Below are positions 61,927-64,000 of a stretch of 64,000 nt of DNA, one piece after another (the stretch's first letter is position 1; each line of letters starts with the position of its first letter). Source of the stretch: Azolla caroliniana (taxonomy: Eukaryota; Plantae; Polypodiophyta). The stretch spans positions 18,414,001-18,478,000 of the forward strand of contig JBHGNT010000004.1 of assembly GCA_043228905.1 (NCBI GenBank). The letters run 5' to 3'. The notes under the pieces are model-generated. The model was not told where the DNA came from. It saw only the letters and a list, made by a program, of their open reading frames with translations, and ran no database searches. Made by a program: the position numbers and the translations under genes.

Positions 61927-63960
61927 ATCACTTATTCAAGCTCAATTTTGTTTTAGAAAAAAAAACAAAGTACCAAAATAAAATAGAAAAAAATGTAATT
62001 ATTTTTAAAAAAAAAATCTAACATTAAACTTTTCATGTCATGATATAGTAGGACTCGAACCCATGACCTTATGTTACATGGGTCAAGTTCTTGACAATTA
62101 AACCATATATTGTAATACATAAAATATTATTTTTATCACTTCTTAAAGCTCAATTTTTTTTTAGAAAAAAAACAAAACACCATAATAAAATAGGAAAAAA
62201 TGTAATTATTTTAAAAAAAAAATCCGAAATAAAACTTTAAACATGAACTCGATACACCGTCTCAGGTTCATGTAAAAAAGTTAGCTTTTCAACATGAACT
62301 CGATACGCCGTATCGGGTTCATGTAAAAAAGTTAGTATCGAGTTCTTGTAAAAAAGGTAACTTTTTTATATGTCATGATATGGTAGGACTTGAACCCATG
62401 ACCTTCTGCTACATGGGTGGAGCTCTTGACCATTAGACCATGCATTGTAATACATAAATTATTATTTTTATCACTTATTAAAGCTTAATTTTATTTTAGA
62501 AAAAAAACAAAACACCATAATAAAATAGGAAAAAATGTAATTATTTAAATAAAAAAATCTGAAATAAGACTTTAAACATGAACTCGATACGTCGTATCGA
62601 GTTCATGTAAAAAAGTTAGCTTTTCAACATTATCGAGTTCATGTAAAAAAGTTAGCTTTTCAACATGAACTCAATACGGCGTATCGAGTTCATGTTTAAA
62701 AGGGGTATCGAGTTCATGTAAAAGAGTTAGCTTAGTTCATGACATGATATAGTAGGACTCGAACCCATGACCTTCTACTACATAGGTGAGGCTCTTAACC
62801 ATTAGACCATACATTGTAATACATAAACTATTATTTTTATCACTTATTAGAGCTCAATTTGTTTTTAGAAAACAAACAAAACACCATAATAAAATAGGAA
62901 AAAATGTAATTATTTTTAAAAAAAAATCCGAAATAAAACTTTAAACATGAATTCGATACGCCGTATCGAGTTCATGTAAAAAAGTTAGCTTTTCAACATG
63001 AACTCGATACGGCGTATCGAGTTCATGTTTAAAAGGGGTATCGAGTTCATGTAAAAGAGTTAGCTTAGTTCATGACATGATATAGTAGGACTCGAACCCA
63101 TGACCTTTTGCTACATAGGTGAGGCTCTTAACCATTAGACCATACATTGTAATACATAAACTATTATTTTTATCACTTATTAGAGCTCAATTTGTTTTTA
63201 GAAAACAAACAAAACACCATAATAAAATAGGAAAAAATGTAATTATTTTTTAAAAAAATCCGAAATAAAACTTTAAACATGAATTCGATACGCCGTATCG
63301 AGTTCATGTAAAAAAGTTAGCTTTTCAACATGAACTCGATACGGCGTATCGAGTTCATGTTGAAAAGGGGTATCGAGTTCATGTAAAAATGTTAGCTTAG
63401 TTGATGATATGATATGCTAGGACATAAACCCTTGACCTTGTGCTGCATGGGTGGAGCTCTTAACCATTAGACCATACATTGTAATACATAAAATATTATT
63501 TTCATCACTTATTAAATCTTAAAGTTTTTTAGAAAAAAAACAAAATACCAAAATAAAATAGGAAAAATGTAATTATTTAAAAAAAAAAATCGGAAATAAA
63601 ACTTTAAACATGAACTCGATACGCCGTATCGAGTTCATGTAAAAAAGTTAGACTTTAAACATGAACTCGATACGCCGTATCGAGTTCATGTTGAAAAGGC
63701 ATATCGAGTTCATGTAAAAAAGTTAACTTAGTTCATGTCGTGATATGTAGGACTTGAACCCATGACATTATGCTACATGGGTCAAGCTCTTGACCATTAG
63801 ACGATACATTGTAATACATAAAATATTATTTTCCTCACTTATTAAAGCTCAAAGCCTTTTAGAGAAAAAAACAAAATACCAAAATAAAATAGGAAAAAAT
63901 GTAATTATTTTAAAAAAAAAATCGGAAATAACACTTTCAACATGAACTTGATACGTCGTA
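61927..63960. repeat. ~333-bp tandem repeat (about 6 units): palindromes plus a tRNA-like A/B-box module
   Basis: catgaactcgatacgScgtatcgagttcatg occurs about twice per unit plus a half copy. A tRNA-like block sits at ~62047, 62381, 62750, 63083, 63416 and 63746. Confidence 0.9.
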
Positions 63961-64000
63961 GATTAACTCATGTCATCATCATTCCCTCTCAGTCCCTCTC

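Larger units (their letters stand above)
60502..63960. mobile_element. Deletion derivative of the Sola-like MTase transposon family (far end not in window)
   Basis: Begins aacacgtttgcgttcacaagtggaaggatcgcgca (the TIR), followed by a transposase 3' remnant and then the same palindrome. Confidence 0.88.

Noticed and set aside
62040-63810. Functional tRNA gene cluster
   Set aside because: A and B boxes are present, but the anticodon and acceptor stems do not pair consistently and the copies vary like a satellite.

Overview
This window is eukaryotic, repeat-rich DNA. It most resembles a seed-free land plant (inference from the Ty1/copia and Ty3/gypsy types and the GT-AG introns), and no ordinary host gene is recognisable. 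Most of it is a nest of LTR retrotransposons with resolvable LTRs, PBS/PPT sites and target-site duplications (TSDs). The stand-out feature is a 9.9-kb DNA transposon at 15348-25239 with 36-bp TIRs and a 4-bp TSD (ATGT). It carries two divergent genes: an intact 926-aa Sola-like DDD transposase, and a 7-exon gene (992 codons, one internal TAA) fusing a ParB/Srx-like domain to a bacterial-type beta-class N6-adenine/N4-cytosine DNA methyltransferase. Intron 1 of that gene holds nine ~43-bp palindromes, mostly at a 51-bp period. Two more relatives occur in the window: a diverged MTase pseudogene with conserved intron positions (~31.9-39.7 kb), and a deletion derivative from 60502 in which the same palindrome plus a tRNA-like A/B-box module is amplified as a ~333-bp satellite. 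A separate 1.1-kb insert (48754-49881) carries two minimal type-I hammerhead ribozymes.
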